A DNA stretch of 24,000 nt from Pseudomonadota bacterium (lineage in GTDB: Bacteria; Pseudomonadota; Alphaproteobacteria; Rhizobiales; Beijerinckiaceae): positions 40,818 to 64,817 of the forward strand of contig JAIUNQ010000003.1 in assembly GCA_020161475.1 (NCBI GenBank), written 5' to 3'. This document shows, piece after piece, positions 22,789 to 24,000 of the stretch. Under the pieces are notes generated by a model. It saw only the letters and a program-made list of their open reading frames with translations. It made no database searches and was not told the origin of the DNA. Position numbers and translations under genes: made by a program. The stretch's first letter is position 1; the number at the start of each line of letters is the position of its first letter.

Positions 22789-22793
22789 AAACG

Positions 22794-24000
22794 ATGAAAC
22801 ACGGACTTGCAACGACGCCCTTCGGGCGGCGCACTATGTCGCTTGGCCTATTAGCAACGCAGGCACAGGCGCAAGCGATCAAACCGGGCGCCACCGTCCA
22901 CAAGTGGAAGGTGGTTCAGGCTCTCACCGAAGCGAAGGACAGGCTCGGCCTGCCGGACAGGGCACTCGCGGTGCTCAACGCGCTGCTGTCCTTCCATCAG
23001 GAGACGACGCTCACCGCCGGTGACGCGCTGGTGGTGTTTCCCTCCAATGCCAAGCTCGCGGCGCGGGCGCATGGCGTGGCGCCCACCACCTTGCGGCGGC
23101 ATCTGGCCATTCTGGTCGATGCCGGCATCGTCATCCGGCGAGATAGCCCCAACGGCAAGCGTTACGCGCGGCGAGGGGAGGGGGGCGAGATCAGCGAGGC
23201 CTTCGGGTTCGATCTCACCCCGCTGGTGGCGCGTGCTGAGGAGTTCGAGCAACTGGCCTCCGAGGTTGCGGCCGAGAAGAAGGCGCTTCGGCTTGCCCGT
23301 GAGCGTGTCACGTTGGCGCGCCGCGACATCACCAAGCTGATCGCTTTGGGGATCGACGAGGGTATTCCGGGCGATTGGGCGGGGCTTCATGCCGCTTATT
23401 TGGCGCTAGTGAGCGGCCTGAAACGCTCTGCAACAACGCCAGCCCTGCTTCAGGTGGCCAGTGACCTCGAAGACCTTGCCCGAGAAATCGCCAACCATCT
23501 GGAACTTTTCGTCAATTCTCAAAAATCAGATGGCAATGAGTCCCGTAATGGCCATCACAAACAGAATTCAAATACTGAATCTTACGAACTTGAACCTGCT
23601 TTCGAAAAAGACAGGGGCGCGGCACCGTCCTGCGATCTGACAACCACCAATGAAGCCGGTTTGCCCGGCGAGAAGCCAACCCTTGCGCGCTCCGACCTTG
23701 GAACGCCCCTCGGCATGGTGCTTCAGGCCTGCCCGGACATCGTCGAATATTCCAGCGACAGGGCAGGGGAGGGGATCGCGGCGCAGCCTGCCATCGCCAA
23801 TTGGACCGCTTTCCTGAAAACCGCCGCGCTGGTGCGAGCCATGCTGGGGATTTCGCCAGACGCCTGGCGCGATGCTGTAGAGACTATGGGCATGGTCGAT
23901 GCCTCGATCGTCATCGCCGCAATTCTGCAGAAGGGCGATGAGGTACGCTTCCCCGGCGGTTACCTGCGCGCCCTGACCGAGAAAAAGCGTGCAGGGGAGT
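22794..24000 (+). CDS. repC: RepC replication initiator, 3' end beyond the window (not in the supplied ORF track)
   Basis: My hand translation from the ATG at 22794 is open to base 24000. It reads MKHGLATTPFGRR...VHKWKVVQAL...LGLPDRALAVLNALLSFHQE...VVFPSNAKLAARAHGVAPTTLRRHLAILVDAGIVIRRDSPNGKRYARRGEGGEISEAFGFDLTPL...HHKQNSNTESYELEP...PGGYLRALTEKKRAGE. This matches the conserved RepC pattern. The antisense track ORF 22851-23390 is a shadow. Confidence 0.92.
   Translation, partial: MKHGLATTPFGRRTMSLGLLATQAQAQAIKPGATVHKWKVVQALTEAKDRLGLPDRALAVLNALLSFHQETTLTAGDALVVFPSNAKLAARAHGVAPTTLRRHLAILVDAGIVIRRDSPNGKRYARRGEGGEISEAFGFDLTPLVARAEEFEQLASEVAAEKKALRLARERVTLARRDITKLIALGIDEGIPGDWAGLHAAYLALVSGLKRSATTPALLQVASDLEDLAREIANHLELFVNSQKSDGNESRNGHHKQNSNTESYELEPAFEKDRGAAPSCDLTTTNEAGLPGEKPTLARSDLGTPLGMVLQACPDIVEYSSDRAGEGIAAQPAIANWTAFLKTAALVRAMLGISPDAWRDAVETMGMVDASIVIAAILQKGDEVRFPGGYLRALTEKKRAGE
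23511..23620. other. AT-rich tract inside repC, candidate oriV
   Basis: This is a locally AT-rich stretch (ggaacttttcgtcaattctcaaaaatcagatggcaatgag...acagaattcaaatactgaatcttacgaacttgaacctgctttcgaaaaag) inside an otherwise GC-rich gene. In characterised repABC plasmids the origin maps to an AT-rich region within repC. Confidence 0.5.

Noticed and set aside
1-24000. I looked for CRISPR arrays, tRNA/rRNA genes, IS elements or transposases, integrases, reverse transcriptases, and recognisable defence-system or toxin-antitoxin gene pairs.
   Set aside because: I saw no regularly spaced direct repeats, no cloverleaf-like or rRNA-like segments, and no DDE, tyrosine-recombinase or YxDD-type motifs in any credible ORF. 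An absence judged by eye is not proof. tRNAscan, Infernal and defence-finder runs would settle it.

Overview
This is a high-GC, alphaproteobacterial-type replicon segment. The right end carries a complete repABC replication/partition cassette. It has repA, repB and repC, where repC runs off the right edge and is missing from the ORF track. It also has two identical 16-bp parS palindromes and a predicted antisense ctRNA in the repB-repC spacer. To its left is a conjugative-element style backbone: a ParB-like fragment and three small conserved ORFs, then a 1541-aa methyltransferase/strawberry-notch helicase fusion, a Toprim protein, a DUF2493/SLOG protein and DUF736. That backbone appears interrupted between about 2.3 and 12.1 kb by cargo. 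The cargo holds a LuxR-type (GerE HTH) regulator, a secreted alpha/beta hydrolase, a membrane TPR protein, a second hydrolase-like gene, a secreted thermonuclease with a small membrane ORF, and a visibly lower-GC module of about 3.6 kb (about 7.09-10.67 kb). That module is the most interesting part. It contains a canonical luxR read divergently from a luxI that is translationally coupled to a cytochrome P450, followed by a 75-aa acidic ORF and an orphan 142-aa ORF. This may be an acyl-homoserine-lactone system with a built-in oxidative tailoring or turnover step. I found no rRNA, tRNA, CRISPR array, transposase or integrase. Several ORF-track starts look too far upstream and are re-called here from SD/start context. 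All functional calls rest on motifs read by eye and on memory of protein families, with no database search.
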